64,000 nucleotides of DNA from Eubacteriales bacterium. GTDB lineage: Bacteria > Bacillota > Clostridia > Oscillospirales > CAG-272. Position numbers and translations under genes: made by a program. Of this stretch, positions 26,633 to 36,934 are shown piece by piece; within the stretch, counting starts at the first letter, position 1, and the number at the start of each line of letters is the position of its first letter. The DNA is taken from NCBI GenBank assembly GCA_045656765.1, contig JAZORU010000030.1, positions 1,728 to 65,727 on the forward strand, written 5' to 3'. Under the pieces are notes generated by a model, which worked only from the letters and a program-made list of their open reading frames with translations, did not search any database and had not been told where the DNA came from.

Positions 26633-27775
26633 ATGAAAGCAATAATTAACGGAAAAATTATTTTAAAAGACCGCGTAGTTGACGGCTGTGCCTTGCTTTT
26701 CTCGGACGTGATCGAGGGTGTTGTACCCGCAGAGAGCTTGCCCGAAGGAGCAGAGGTCATAGATGCCTGCGGCGGATACGTTTCCCCCGGACTTATCGAC
26801 CTTCACATTCACGGATATCTCGGACGTGACGTGTGTGACGGAGAGGAAGAAAGCATCAGAGTCATATCGAAGGGACTGCTCCAAAACGGCGTCACGGGAT
26901 ATCTTCCCACCACTATGACGGTGGATATGAAGGTAATAAAAAAGGCGCTTGAGGTATGCCGAGCGCTGAAGGAAGAGAGCAAGAGCTGGGAAGGCTCGGA
27001 AATTCTCGGATGCCACGCGGAAGGCCCCTTTATCAGCGAAAGCAAAAAGGGCGCTCAGGATGCAAAATACATACTTAAGCCGGACGCTTCTTTCGTTCGT
27101 GAATACGCGGATATTATAAAGACTATCACGCTTGCACCCGAGTGTGACGAGGGAGATTTTTCTGCTATCCGCGAGATAGTGAGAGATACCGACGTCGTCG
27201 TTTCTATGGGACACACCTCGGCTGATTATAACACCGCTATGGCAAGTACAGCCGCGGGAGTTCGCCACGCAACGCATCTTTTCAACGCTATGACACCTCT
27301 TGCTCACAGAGCACCCGGTGTTGTAACGGCGGCGCTCAATTCCGACGTCTCGGTTGAGCTTATCGTGGACACCTTCCACGTAGATAAGTGCTTTTACGAT
27401 ATGCTCTGGAAGCTCAAGGGCAGAAAGCTCTGCTTTATAACCGACTGCTTGCCCGCAGGCGGACTTCCTTTTGGCGAGTATACTCTCGGCGGAGCCAAGA
27501 TAATTTACAGAGACATCGTTTGCCGTCTTGAAGACGGGACGGTTGCGGGAAGCGTGCTTCACCTCAACCACGGTGTTTGGAACGTATACAAAAATTCAAG
27601 CATTCCGCTCCATGAGTGCGTAAACTGTGCTACTCTCAATCCTGCAACGGCAATAGGCGTAGCAGACAGAAAGGGCTCGCTTGAAATAGGCAAGGATGCC
27701 GACATAATTATAACTGATGATAATTTTGAAGTTAAGAAAACTATTATAAGAGGAGAAATGAAATATGAAGCTTAA
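26633..27775 (+). CDS. nagA: N-acetylglucosamine-6-phosphate deacetylase
   Basis: PGLIDLHIHG, HAEGPFI, KKGAQ, TLAPE, ATHLFNAM, AGS, TLNPA. Confidence 0.95.
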   Translation: MKAIINGKIILKDRVVDGCALLFSDVIEGVVPAESLPEGAEVIDACGGYVSPGLIDLHIHGYLGRDVCDGEEESIRVISKGLLQNGVTGYLPTTMTVDMKVIKKALEVCRALKEESKSWEGSEILGCHAEGPFISESKKGAQDAKYILKPDASFVREYADIIKTITLAPECDEGDFSAIREIVRDTDVVVSMGHTSADYNTAMASTAAGVRHATHLFNAMTPLAHRAPGVVTAALNSDVSVELIVDTFHVDKCFYDMLWKLKGRKLCFITDCLPAGGLPFGEYTLGGAKIIYRDIVCRLEDGTVAGSVLHLNHGVWNVYKNSSIPLHECVNCATLNPATAIGVADRKGSLEIGKDADIIITDDNFEVKKTIIRGEMKYEA

Positions 27776-29141
27776 GGTTAGTGCAAAATTAGACCCCCAG
27801 TTCCAGCCGCTTTCTCTCGTTTGCCGTGAGATGCGCGAAAAAACGAAGGAAGACGGACAGGATATCGTAATAGCCGTTCGCAGAAACAAGGGCTATACGA
27901 CTACGTACAAGACCCGCATTTTCAAGGACGGCTGCGGTCACGACGAGGAGAATTTCCGCTTCGTTGAGCGAATTGCGAAGTCGCTACTCTGGGTTGCGGG
28001 CGGTTATAAGATAATAATCGCAGGTAGTGAGGTCGTAGGAAACAAGATAAAGGAAGCATACACCGACGGAGGCCTTCGCGATTTTGACGTTCACTTTATG
28101 GAAAGAGTTTACGAGGAGAAGTTCGAGGTAGAGGTAGTCTCGCTTGAGAACGCTCCCGAGGATAAGAGCGGTGCCGCTCCCATCGGCCGTCATCTTGACG
28201 GCTGCCGCATCGGCTTTGACGCGGGCGGAAGCGACAGAAAGGTCAGTGCCGTTATCGACGGTAAGAGCGTTTATTCTGAGGAGGTCGTATGGTTTCCGAA
28301 GATAAATTCCGACCCGAGCTATCACTACGAGGGCATAAAGGAGGCTATGAAAACAGCCGCTTCCCACATGCCGCGCGTTGATGCGATAGGTGTATCGAGT
28401 GCCGGCGTTTACGTTGACAATCGCATAATGGTCGCATCCCTTTTCCTTAAGGTAAGCGACGAGGAATTTGATAAAAAGGTCAAGAATATGTACCTTGACG
28501 TTGCAAAGGAAATCGGCGAGAACATACCGATCGAGGTTGCAAACGACGGCGACGTAACTGCGCTTGCAGGTGCTATGGACCTTGACGACGACTCTGTTCT
28601 CGGTATCGCTATGGGTACGAGTGAAGCGGGCGGCTACGTTGACCCGCAGGGCAATATCACGGGCTGGCTCAACGAGCTTGCTTTCATTCCCGTTGACTAC
28701 TGCGAGGATGCTATGGTTGACGAGTGGTCGGGTGACTACGGCTGCGGTGTTAAATACTTCTCTCAGGACGGCGTTATAAAGCTTGCTCCCTATGCAGGAA
28801 TCGAGCTTGACGAGGCACTTTCCCCTGCAGAAAAGCTCAAGGTCGTTCAAGGACTTATGGCAAAGGGTGATGAGCGCGCCGCTGCAATTTACGACACTAT
28901 CGGTGCGTACTTTGGCTATGCAATCGCATATTACGCTGAATTTTATAAGATCAAGCACGTTCTTATAATGGGACGCGTTACCTCGGGCGAGGGCGGAGTT
29001 ATCCTTCTTGAGCGCGCTCAGGAGGTGCTCGACAAGGAATTCCCTGAGCTTGCTGCCGAGATCAAGCTTCACATTCCCGACGAAAATTCCCGCCGCGTAG
29101 GTCAGTCGGTTGCTGCCGCAAGCCTGCCTAAGATAAAATAA
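27765..29141 (+). CDS. ROK family protein (probable amino-sugar kinase) with N-terminal extension
   Basis: IGFDAGGSDRK, VANDGDVTALAG, GIAMGTSEAGG, WLNEL; overlaps nagA stop. Confidence 0.8.
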   Translation: MKLKVSAKLDPQFQPLSLVCREMREKTKEDGQDIVIAVRRNKGYTTTYKTRIFKDGCGHDEENFRFVERIAKSLLWVAGGYKIIIAGSEVVGNKIKEAYTDGGLRDFDVHFMERVYEEKFEVEVVSLENAPEDKSGAAPIGRHLDGCRIGFDAGGSDRKVSAVIDGKSVYSEEVVWFPKINSDPSYHYEGIKEAMKTAASHMPRVDAIGVSSAGVYVDNRIMVASLFLKVSDEEFDKKVKNMYLDVAKEIGENIPIEVANDGDVTALAGAMDLDDDSVLGIAMGTSEAGGYVDPQGNITGWLNELAFIPVDYCEDAMVDEWSGDYGCGVKYFSQDGVIKLAPYAGIELDEALSPAEKLKVVQGLMAKGDERAAAIYDTIGAYFGYAIAYYAEFYKIKHVLIMGRVTSGEGGVILLERAQEVLDKEFPELAAEIKLHIPDENSRRVGQSVAAASLPKIK

Positions 29142-29153
29142 AACAAAGCATTA

Positions 29154-29191
29154 AAAAAAGCTGTTGCGTGAAAACACGCAACAGCTTTTTT
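29154..29191. terminator. Bidirectional terminator
   Basis: AAAAAAGCTGTTGCGTG-aaaa-CACGCAACAGCTTTTTT. Confidence 0.85.
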
Positions 29192-29399
29192 AATATCTTT
29201 TTGGATTGTCGGTTTCTCCGAGAAGGTAATCGATGCTCGTTCCGTAAAATTTTGCAAGCTTTATGAGCACGGCGGTAGGAATGTCGTTTTCTCCGGTTTC
29301 GTATTTCGAATATCCGGTTTGCGACATCTCGAGAACCTTTGCTATTTGCGTTTGGTTCATATCCATATCTTCTCTTAAATCTCTCAAGCGTGAATACAT
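29190..29399 (-). CDS. XRE-family HTH regulator
   Basis: RLRDLREDMDMNQTQIAKVLEMSQTGYSKYETGENDIP...SIDYLLG; ATG 29399 after GGAGGG. Confidence 0.92.
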   Translation of the reverse strand: MYSRLRDLREDMDMNQTQIAKVLEMSQTGYSKYETGENDIPTAVLIKLAKFYGTSIDYLLGETDNPKRY

Positions 29400-29438
29400 A
29401 AATCCCTCCATAAACAGTATGGTGGTTTTATTATAATT

Positions 29439-29484
29439 TAATCTGTTTCAGGGTATTGACATTTAACCTGAAACAGATTATAAT
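29439..29484 (+). promoter_or_regulatory. Consensus promoter overlapped by 14-bp inverted-repeat operator
   Basis: TAATCTGTTTCAGG (29439-29452) / CCTGAAACAGATTA (29467-29480); TTGACA 29456-29461, 17 nt, TATAAT 29479-29484. Confidence 0.8.
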
Positions 29485-29656
29485 GTTAAATACTGTCCGA
29501 AGCTGCTCAAAAACAACAAATTTTGAGTTGTTTTCTTCTTCGACAAAGTTGCCCTCTTTTACCGCTTTTTTATGTGAAAACAGAGCTTTCGACTAATAGT
29601 GACGGAAATAGAACTAATTCGAGCACATATTATAGTAGAAAAATAACTAAAAAGGG

Positions 29657-29685
29657 TTGCAAAACCAAAAACACCGTGATATAAT
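29657..29685 (+). promoter_or_regulatory. Probable promoter of polysaccharide locus
   Basis: TTGCAA, 17 nt, extended TGaTATAAT. Confidence 0.65.
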
Positions 29686-29822
29686 AGTAGAAGAAAATTG
29701 GGGAAGTGTCCCTATACTGCTTTTTTTCAAAACGAAAGGGCAGGACGGGCATTTTTGAAAACAAGGGCTTTCGCACAGACCTTTTCTGTGCCTTGGAATG
29801 ATAAAAGGAGCGAAGGAAACTA

Positions 29823-30575
29823 ATGGAAAGACAGGATAACAGAGAGTATTATACTATTGACGTTTTGCATATAGCGAAGACGCTTTTGAGACGCTTATGG
29901 CTTATCGCCTTGTGCGGTTTGCTTGCGGCAGCTATCGGTTTTTCGATAGCCGCTTTCGGAATTGCGCCCACCTATTCGTCATCGGTTAAGCTGTACGTTA
30001 ATAACAGCTCACTCAGCATAGGAGAGTTCAGCATCAGTGCATCCGAGCTTACGGCGGCGCAGGGACTTGTCAGAACTTACGGAGAAATACTTGACAGCCG
30101 AAGCACTCTTGAAATGGTTATAGAAAAGGCTGAGGTCGATTATACCTGGAAAGAGCTTTCGGGTATGATCAAATACGCGCCTGCAAACGACACCGAGATC
30201 ATGCGTGTTACGGTTACCTGCGAGGATCCTTATGAGGCAAGCAAGATAGCGAACACCATATCGGAGGTGCTTCGCGACAGGATCGGTGAAATAATAGACG
30301 GTGCTACGATGGAAGTAGTTGACTATGCCGTTGCGGATACCGAAAAGGTGGCACCCAGCATTACGAAATACACGGGTGTAGGACTTGTGCTCGGCGCACT
30401 TCTGAGTGCGGTTATGGTAACTATCTCCGCTATGATGGACGATACGATTCACGACGAGGAATATATTCTCAGAACGTACGATTATCCGATACTCGGAAAG
30501 GTTCCCGACCTTCTGAACAGTGCAAACAAGTCTTACGGCTATTATTACCGCAAGCACCAGAAGACAGGTAACTGA
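29823..30575 (+). CDS. Polysaccharide co-polymerase / chain-length regulator (Wzz/CpsC-like)
   Basis: IDVLHIAKTL, PTYSSSVKLYV, two TM, DDTIHDEE...PILGKVP. Confidence 0.9.
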   Translation: MERQDNREYYTIDVLHIAKTLLRRLWLIALCGLLAAAIGFSIAAFGIAPTYSSSVKLYVNNSSLSIGEFSISASELTAAQGLVRTYGEILDSRSTLEMVIEKAEVDYTWKELSGMIKYAPANDTEIMRVTVTCEDPYEASKIANTISEVLRDRIGEIIDGATMEVVDYAVADTEKVAPSITKYTGVGLVLGALLSAVMVTISAMMDDTIHDEEYILRTYDYPILGKVPDLLNSANKSYGYYYRKHQKTGN

Positions 30576-30592
30576 GAAAGGGGGAGCTGAAA

Positions 30593-31363
30593 ATGGGATT
30601 TTTTGATAAAAGACGCAAGCACAAGCACTTTTTGTTAGGTACAAACGAAAACAAAAAAACACTCCACAAGAATCTGGAGTTCACGGCGACCGAACAGTAC
30701 AAGCTGATACGTGCAAATCTTGACTTTACGCTTCCCGAGGATGAAAAGTGTCCCGTCATAGGCGTAACGAGCTCAATGCGAGGCGAGGGCAAGAGCACGA
30801 CGGCGGTAAACCTTTCCTACGTTTTTGCCGAGAAGGGAAGCAAGGTGCTTTTGATAGACGCCGACCTACGTATACCGTCGATTGCAAAGAAGCTTGATAT
30901 CGAAAGCTCGCCCGGACTTGCGGATCTCTTGCGAGGCAAGGGCACGCAGATAACAGAGCTTAAGTCACACCTGCTTGATAACTGGTTCGTGCTTCCGTCG
31001 GGAGATATTCCCCCGAACCCCTCCGAGCTTTTGGGCTCGGGCAGAATGGAAAACACGCTTAACCAGCTCAGAGAGATGTTCGATTACATCATAATAGACC
31101 TTCCCCCCGTCAATATAGTTTCGGATGCGGTTTCCATTTCAAGCTTGATCTCGGGTATGATAATAGTTATCCGCGAGGAATACACCGAGAAAAAGGAGCT
31201 TGAGAGGTGCTTCAGACAGCTTAAGCTTTCTAACGTAAACGTACTCGGATGCGTTATGAACGAGGCAAAGACTGAGGGCAAATCTTACGGCAAATACAAG
31301 AAATACAAGTATTATAAGTACTACAGATACTACCAGAGCGAATCGAAGGGTGAGGGCAAGTGA
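30593..31363 (+). CDS. BY-kinase (CpsD/CapB family tyrosine kinase)
   Basis: EQYKLIRANL, GEGKST Walker A, LIDADLR, PPNPSELL, IIDLPP, Tyr-rich C-tail. Confidence 0.95.
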   Translation: MGFFDKRRKHKHFLLGTNENKKTLHKNLEFTATEQYKLIRANLDFTLPEDEKCPVIGVTSSMRGEGKSTTAVNLSYVFAEKGSKVLLIDADLRIPSIAKKLDIESSPGLADLLRGKGTQITELKSHLLDNWFVLPSGDIPPNPSELLGSGRMENTLNQLREMFDYIIIDLPPVNIVSDAVSISSLISGMIIVIREEYTEKKELERCFRQLKLSNVNVLGCVMNEAKTEGKSYGKYKKYKYYKYYRYYQSESKGEGK

Positions 31364-32052
31364 TAGACTGGCACACCCACGTTTTGCCGGGAATTGACGA
31401 CGGGGCGCACACCGTGCAGGAAAGTGTTTCGATGCTTGAATCGCACGCGGCGCAAGGGGTAGACACGGTAATAGCAACTCCGCATTTTTATGCAAACGAA
31501 GACTCGGTAGAGTCATTCTTGAAAAGACGCGACAAGGCTTTTTTGGAGCTTTGCTCTCATCTGCCGGAGAGAGCACCTAAGATTCTCTTGGGTGCCGAGG
31601 TAAGATACTATCCCGGAATCAGCCGACTGGAAGAGCTAAAGGCGCTGAGGATAGAAGGAAGCAAGCTGTTGCTTCTTGAGATGCCGATGACGCGCTGGAC
31701 CGAATATATGATAAGAGAGCTTACCGAGCTTGCGGGCAGGGGCAGTGTGAAAATAGTTCTTGCTCACGTCGAGAGATACCTGAAGCTTCAGCCGCAGTCG
31801 GTATGGGACAGAATAGCAGAAAGCGGCATTTTGATGCAAACGAACGCAAGCTTCTTTACGTCTCTTTTATCAAGACGGCGTGCTTTATCCCTTCTGCGAG
31901 AGGGAAGTATTCAGTTTTTGGGCACCGACTGTCACAATACGACGTCGAGACCCCCGAATATAAGCGGTGCCGTTGATCTTATCCGCAAAAAGCTTGGCGA
32001 GGATTGTATCGCCGAAATGAACGAGTACGGCAAGAGCCTGCTCGGGATATAA
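31360..32052 (+). CDS. CpsB/CapC family PHP tyrosine phosphatase
   Basis: IDWHTHVLPGIDDG, ATPHF, AHVERY, GTDCH. Confidence 0.93.
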   Translation: MIDWHTHVLPGIDDGAHTVQESVSMLESHAAQGVDTVIATPHFYANEDSVESFLKRRDKAFLELCSHLPERAPKILLGAEVRYYPGISRLEELKALRIEGSKLLLLEMPMTRWTEYMIRELTELAGRGSVKIVLAHVERYLKLQPQSVWDRIAESGILMQTNASFFTSLLSRRRALSLLREGSIQFLGTDCHNTTSRPPNISGAVDLIRKKLGEDCIAEMNEYGKSLLGI

Positions 32053-32091
32053 AACAATTAAAAATAAAAAAATTTATTATACATTGAAAGG

Positions 32092-32772
32092 ATGAATTCC
32101 AAAATGAAAAAATTATTGGCAATTTGTTTGGTGCTTGTAACGGTTGTTACAATGTGTGTGAGCGCAGTAGCTGCTCCAAACGGCTTCGTTTCCAGTCCCT
32201 CGGGAAATTCCGCTCCTACGGTAGAGGATTTTGAGGCAAGCGACGAGGATTGTACCGCAAGACTCGTTATTACTCCTTACGCTGAAAAGGAAGAGCTTCC
32301 TCAGGTTCTTCTCGACCTTTTTGAGAAGGCTTACGACACTATCGTTGAAACCGACGATCTTACAACTCTTAACGAAGGTCTTGCAAAGATAGCGGCTGAC
32401 AAGGGAATTGCAGGCGCAAACCTTGCGGTAAGCGATCTTTTTGATATTCACGTTACCGGATGCGATTTCCACGACGGACACGTTGACTTCGACGTTACGC
32501 TTGAGGCAGATACGCTCAGCCACTTCGTCGGACTTCTTCACATGAACAAGAACGGCGAATGGGAGCTTGTTTCCGACGCTAAGGTTACGAATAACGGCGA
32601 GCATCTTGAGTTCTCGGTTGAGTCATTTTCACCGTTTGCAGTTGTTGTAGACACAAGCGACATGCCGAACACAGGCGACAACGCTATGGTCTACGTTTAC
32701 GCTGTTATTATGGCGGCTTCTGCTTTGGCATTCGTTTTCGTTTGCGTAAAAATGAAGAAGCAGGAAAACTAA
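32092..32772 (+). CDS. Secreted acidic protein with LPXTG-like (MPNTG) anchor
   Basis: Signal peptide; ESFSPFAVV motif; MPNTGD followed by TM and KMKKQ tail. Confidence 0.75.
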   Translation: MNSKMKKLLAICLVLVTVVTMCVSAVAAPNGFVSSPSGNSAPTVEDFEASDEDCTARLVITPYAEKEELPQVLLDLFEKAYDTIVETDDLTTLNEGLAKIAADKGIAGANLAVSDLFDIHVTGCDFHDGHVDFDVTLEADTLSHFVGLLHMNKNGEWELVSDAKVTNNGEHLEFSVESFSPFAVVVDTSDMPNTGDNAMVYVYAVIMAASALAFVFVCVKMKKQEN

Positions 32773-32817
32773 TTAAACCATAAAACCCAAAAAAAGAGAA
32801 AAGGCGGTTGTGAGATT

Positions 32818-33810
32818 ATGAAGGCGAAAAAAAGCTACCTTAAATATATAGCTATAGCTCTTGCGGTAATTTTCGCGGTTTCCGCCGCTTTGATACTTCT
32901 TGAGATGTGGGAAAAAAGGCAGAATACCTTTCCCGATTTCAGCGAGGATGACGGTGTAGTTAAATACAACGGCAAGGAATACGTTAAAAAGGACAAGATC
33001 GAAACCTTTTTGGTGCTCGGACTTGATAAGTACGAGGGCGACGTTACCGCGGAATCGCACGAGCACGGTGTTCAGGCGGACTTCTTGATGCTGTTCGTAT
33101 TCAACAACGAAACCAAACAGACCTCTGCTATCCACATCAACCGCGACAGTATGACTAAGGTAAACAAGCTTTCTGTCGGCGGTACGTCCGTCGTTGACAG
33201 CTATACGAAGCAAATTGCGCTTGCCTATAACTACGTCAACGACTCAAACGACAAGATCAGATGCCGAAACACGAAGGATTCGGTAGAGTATTTGCTTAAC
33301 GGAATCAAGGTAGACCACTATCTGTCTGTGACTATGGACTTCGTTTCTGCGAGCAGCGAGCTTGTGGGCGGTGTTGAGGTGACCGTGCTTGACGATTTTA
33401 CGGGTATTGACGACACTCTCGTAAAGGGAGAGAAGGTTACTCTCTCGGGCGAGCGTGCTCTTACCTACGTTCGTACACGCTACGGCCTTGAGGACAACAC
33501 CAACGGCACGAGAATGGCGCGCCAGCAGCAGTATATAAACGCGCTCTACGATAAAATAGTTTCCCGTGCGGAGTCGGACGGTGAGTTTCTTCTCAATGCA
33601 GTCGCAACCTTGGGCGACTACGTTACCTATGACTCGTCGGGACAACGGATGCAGGAGTTTGCCGAGAAGTTTAAGGATTATGAATTCCTCGGTGTAAGAG
33701 ATATCGCAGGAGAGACGAAGGTTGGAGAGTTCGTTGAGTTTTATCCCGATGAAAATTCGGTGTGTGAGATAGTGCTTGACCTATTCTATAAAGAAAAAGA
33801 CGGTAAATAA
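32818..33810 (+). CDS. LCP (LytR-CpsA-Psr) family protein
   Basis: N-terminal TM, FLVLGLD, ADFLML, INRDS, ALTYVRTRY, RMARQQQY. Confidence 0.93.
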   Translation: MKAKKSYLKYIAIALAVIFAVSAALILLEMWEKRQNTFPDFSEDDGVVKYNGKEYVKKDKIETFLVLGLDKYEGDVTAESHEHGVQADFLMLFVFNNETKQTSAIHINRDSMTKVNKLSVGGTSVVDSYTKQIALAYNYVNDSNDKIRCRNTKDSVEYLLNGIKVDHYLSVTMDFVSASSELVGGVEVTVLDDFTGIDDTLVKGEKVTLSGERALTYVRTRYGLEDNTNGTRMARQQQYINALYDKIVSRAESDGEFLLNAVATLGDYVTYDSSGQRMQEFAEKFKDYEFLGVRDIAGETKVGEFVEFYPDENSVCEIVLDLFYKEKDGK

Positions 33811-33844
33811 ATAGTGAGAAAGGCTTTAAGCCGGGAGCAGTTAA

Positions 33845-34555
33845 ATGTCAATTGAAGTAAAAGATAATAACACAATAACGGCTCCCGCGCAGGAGAGCAC
33901 GGCTTCGGCAAATAATATTGCCGGGGAGAAAATACAAATTCAAAAGAAGCCCGTTTATCTGTTCTTCAAAAGGGTGTTTGATATAGTATGCTCGGTCTTG
34001 GGCTTGGTAGTGCTTTTTGTGCCGCTTTTGATAGTTGCTTTGATAGTAGTTATCGACAGCCCCGGAGCATCGCCGATATACGTTCAGGAAAGAGTAGGAA
34101 AGAACGGGCGCAGGTTTAAGTTTTATAAATTCAGAAGCATGGTGCCTGATGCCGACAAGATGCTTGAGCAGCTTCTCGACAAGAACGAGATGCAAGGGCC
34201 TGTGTTTAAGATGAAGGACGACCCGAGAATCACGCGAGTCGGTCACTTCATAAGAAAAACGAGCATTGACGAGCTTCCGCAGCTCTGGAACGTGCTCAAA
34301 GGAGATATGAGTCTCGTAGGTCCCCGCCCGCCGCTTACACGCGAGGTGGAGATGTATAACGAATATCAGATGCAGCGTTTGTCGGTCACTCCCGGTATTA
34401 CTTGCTATTGGCAGGTACAGCCTAAGAGAAACAGTCTGTCGTTTGACGAGTGGCTTGAGCTCGATCTCAAATACATAAGAGAGCGGAGCTTCCCTGTGGA
34501 TATAAAGGTTCTGTTCAAGACGGTGGGAGCCGTGTTCGGACAGGAGGGCGAATAA
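33845..34555 (+). CDS. Priming polyprenyl-phosphate sugar-1-P transferase
   Basis: [54 protein letters not shown]. Confidence 0.95.
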   Translation: MSIEVKDNNTITAPAQESTASANNIAGEKIQIQKKPVYLFFKRVFDIVCSVLGLVVLFVPLLIVALIVVIDSPGASPIYVQERVGKNGRRFKFYKFRSMVPDADKMLEQLLDKNEMQGPVFKMKDDPRITRVGHFIRKTSIDELPQLWNVLKGDMSLVGPRPPLTREVEMYNEYQMQRLSVTPGITCYWQVQPKRNSLSFDEWLELDLKYIRERSFPVDIKVLFKTVGAVFGQEGE

Positions 34556-35758
34556 GTGCCGAAGGGGAAGGACAAAAAGCTCAGGATCGCTATGCTTGGG
34601 CATAAGAGAATACCCTCGCGCGAGGGCGGAGTTGAGATAGTAGTAGCCGAGCTTGCAACGAGAATGGCAGCGCGCGGATATGACGTCACCTGCTACAACC
34701 GACGCGGGCATCACGTGGGCGGCGCCGAGTTTGACTCTGCCCGCGAAAAAGAGTACAAGGGCGTGAAAATAAAAAACGTCCTGACTATTGATAAAAAGGG
34801 ACTTGCGGCGATGACAGCTTCCGTGTCGGCGGCACTTTGCGCGGCATTTGGAAGATACGACGTCGTTCATTTTCACGCAGAAGGCCCTTGCGCTATGCTG
34901 TGGCTTCCGAAGCTTTTCGGTAAAAGGTGCATAGCGACCATACACGGACTTGACCACCAGAGAGCCAAGTGGGGAAAATTTGCATCTTGGTATATACGCA
35001 CGGGCGAGAGATGTGCCGTGCGTTTTGCTGACGATATAGTAGTTCTCAGCGAGAACGTAAAAAATTACTTTAAAGAGAAGTATAACCGTGACACCGTTTT
35101 TATTCCCAACGGAGTGTCCCGCGCAGAGATTAAAGAGGCGGACGAGATAACGGACAAGTACGGTATATATAAGGATGATTATATTCTCTTTTTGGGAAGA
35201 CTCGTTCCCGAAAAGGGTGTCAAATATTTGATAGAAGCTTACCGTGGGCTTGATACGGACAAGAAGCTCGTTATCGCGGGCGGCTCGTCGGACACGGACG
35301 GGTATCTCGGTGAGCTGAGAGAGCTTGCAGGGGATGATGAGCGAATCATCTTCACGGGCTTTACCCAAGGGCGAGAGCTTGAGGAGCTTTACGGAAACGC
35401 CTATCTCTACGTGCTTCCGTCCGACCTTGAAGGTATGCCACTCAGCCTGCTTGAAGCTATGAGCTACGGTAACTGCTGCTTGACCTCGGATATAGCAGAG
35501 TGTGCGGACGTGCTCGGAGAGTTTGGATTGACCTTTAGACAAGGAGACTCATCCGACCTCAGAGAAAAACTGCAGCAGCTATGCGACGAGCCCGCAACCG
35601 TCGCCCTCTATAAAGAAAAGGCGGCTGACTATATAACAGCCCGCTATAATTGGGACGACGTTACAAATAAGACTTTAAGGCTTTACGGAGTAACCGATGC
35701 AGATGCTTTGGCAACTTCGGCAAAGGAGATAGAATATGAAGGTGCTTCTCGTAAATAA
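34556..35758 (+). CDS. GT4 glycosyltransferase
   Basis: HKRIPSREGGVE, FLGRLVPEKG, LPSDLEGMPLSLLEAMS. Confidence 0.93.
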   Translation: MPKGKDKKLRIAMLGHKRIPSREGGVEIVVAELATRMAARGYDVTCYNRRGHHVGGAEFDSAREKEYKGVKIKNVLTIDKKGLAAMTASVSAALCAAFGRYDVVHFHAEGPCAMLWLPKLFGKRCIATIHGLDHQRAKWGKFASWYIRTGERCAVRFADDIVVLSENVKNYFKEKYNRDTVFIPNGVSRAEIKEADEITDKYGIYKDDYILFLGRLVPEKGVKYLIEAYRGLDTDKKLVIAGGSSDTDGYLGELRELAGDDERIIFTGFTQGRELEELYGNAYLYVLPSDLEGMPLSLLEAMSYGNCCLTSDIAECADVLGEFGLTFRQGDSSDLREKLQQLCDEPATVALYKEKAADYITARYNWDDVTNKTLRLYGVTDADALATSAKEIEYEGASRK

Positions 35759-36932
35759 GTTTCTGTATCCTAAAGGGGGAGCGGAGACTTATACGTTTAA
35801 GCTCGGTGAGGCTTTAGAGAGCCACGGACATACGGTTGAATATTTCGGGCTTGACAATCCCAAAAACATAGTGGGAAACAGTGCGGGCGAGTACGTATCC
35901 GATATGGACTTTACTCGCGGTGTTCGCAAGAATCTTTTAGCTCCGTTCCGCATCATTTATTCGGCAGAAGCAAAGAAAAAGATGAGCCGCGTGTTGTATG
36001 ATTTTGAGCCTGACGTCGTTCACTTGAACAATATTCAGTTTCATCTGACGCCAAGCATTATTATTGCGGTTGAGAAATACCGCAAAAAGACGGGCAGAGC
36101 GGTGAAGATAGTATATACTGCTCACGATTATCAGCTGATATGTCCGAGCCACGGACTGTTTGATTCGGATATAAACGTATGCGAAAAATGCCTTGGCGGA
36201 AATTACACACATTGTCTCAGAACGAAGTGTATGAAGAATTCGCGCGCCAAAAGCTTGCTTGCTATGCTTGACGCATACCTATGGAAATTCAGCCGAGCAT
36301 ACAGCTATATTGATACGATAGTTTGCCCGTCGCGCTTTTTAAAGAGCAAGCTTGATACTCAAGCACGTTTTGCGGACAAAACGGTAGCAATACATAATTT
36401 TATTGAGGAACAGACCACGACCGAGACGCGTAAAGGGGATTACGTTTTGGAGTTCGGTCACCTTTCAAGAGACAAGGGAACGCTCACACTTCTTGAGGCA
36501 GCAAAACGCATGCCCGACGTTCGTTTTGTCTTTGCAGGCTACGGTGCGGCAGAGGCGGAAATTGCGAAAGTGCCTAACGCAGAATACGTCGGCTTTAAGA
36601 CGGGAGACGAGCTCAAAGCGCTTATCGCAGGCGCGGCATGCAGTGTTTATCCATCCGAGTGGTATGAGAATTGTCCGTTTTCTGTTATTGAGTCTCAAAT
36701 TTACGGCACACCGGTTATATGTTCGCGAATGGGCGGCATACCCGAACTGATAAAAGATGGCGAGACGGGGCTGATGTTTGAAGCCGGAAATGCAGATGAT
36801 TTGGAAAATAAACTACGCTATTTGCTTTCTACACCTGAAATTCTGCAAACCTACACCGAGAATTGCCGCAAAGTCAGCTTTGAGACACCGGAGACCTATT
36901 ATAGCAAAATGATGAAGATATACGGTGAATAA
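35736..36932 (+). CDS. GT4 glycosyltransferase
   Basis: NKFLYPKGGAE, TAHDYQLICP, PSEWYENCPFSVIES. Confidence 0.92.
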   Translation: MKVLLVNKFLYPKGGAETYTFKLGEALESHGHTVEYFGLDNPKNIVGNSAGEYVSDMDFTRGVRKNLLAPFRIIYSAEAKKKMSRVLYDFEPDVVHLNNIQFHLTPSIIIAVEKYRKKTGRAVKIVYTAHDYQLICPSHGLFDSDINVCEKCLGGNYTHCLRTKCMKNSRAKSLLAMLDAYLWKFSRAYSYIDTIVCPSRFLKSKLDTQARFADKTVAIHNFIEEQTTTETRKGDYVLEFGHLSRDKGTLTLLEAAKRMPDVRFVFAGYGAAEAEIAKVPNAEYVGFKTGDELKALIAGAACSVYPSEWYENCPFSVIESQIYGTPVICSRMGGIPELIKDGETGLMFEAGNADDLENKLRYLLSTPEILQTYTENCRKVSFETPETYYSKMMKIYGE

Positions 36933-36934
36933 AT

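Noticed and set aside
33848..35542. Long antisense ORFs (564 aa here; also 12142-13185, 26663-27571, 27984-29072, 62086-62907)
   Set aside because: Shadow frames opposite well-supported genes, with no recognisable motifs.
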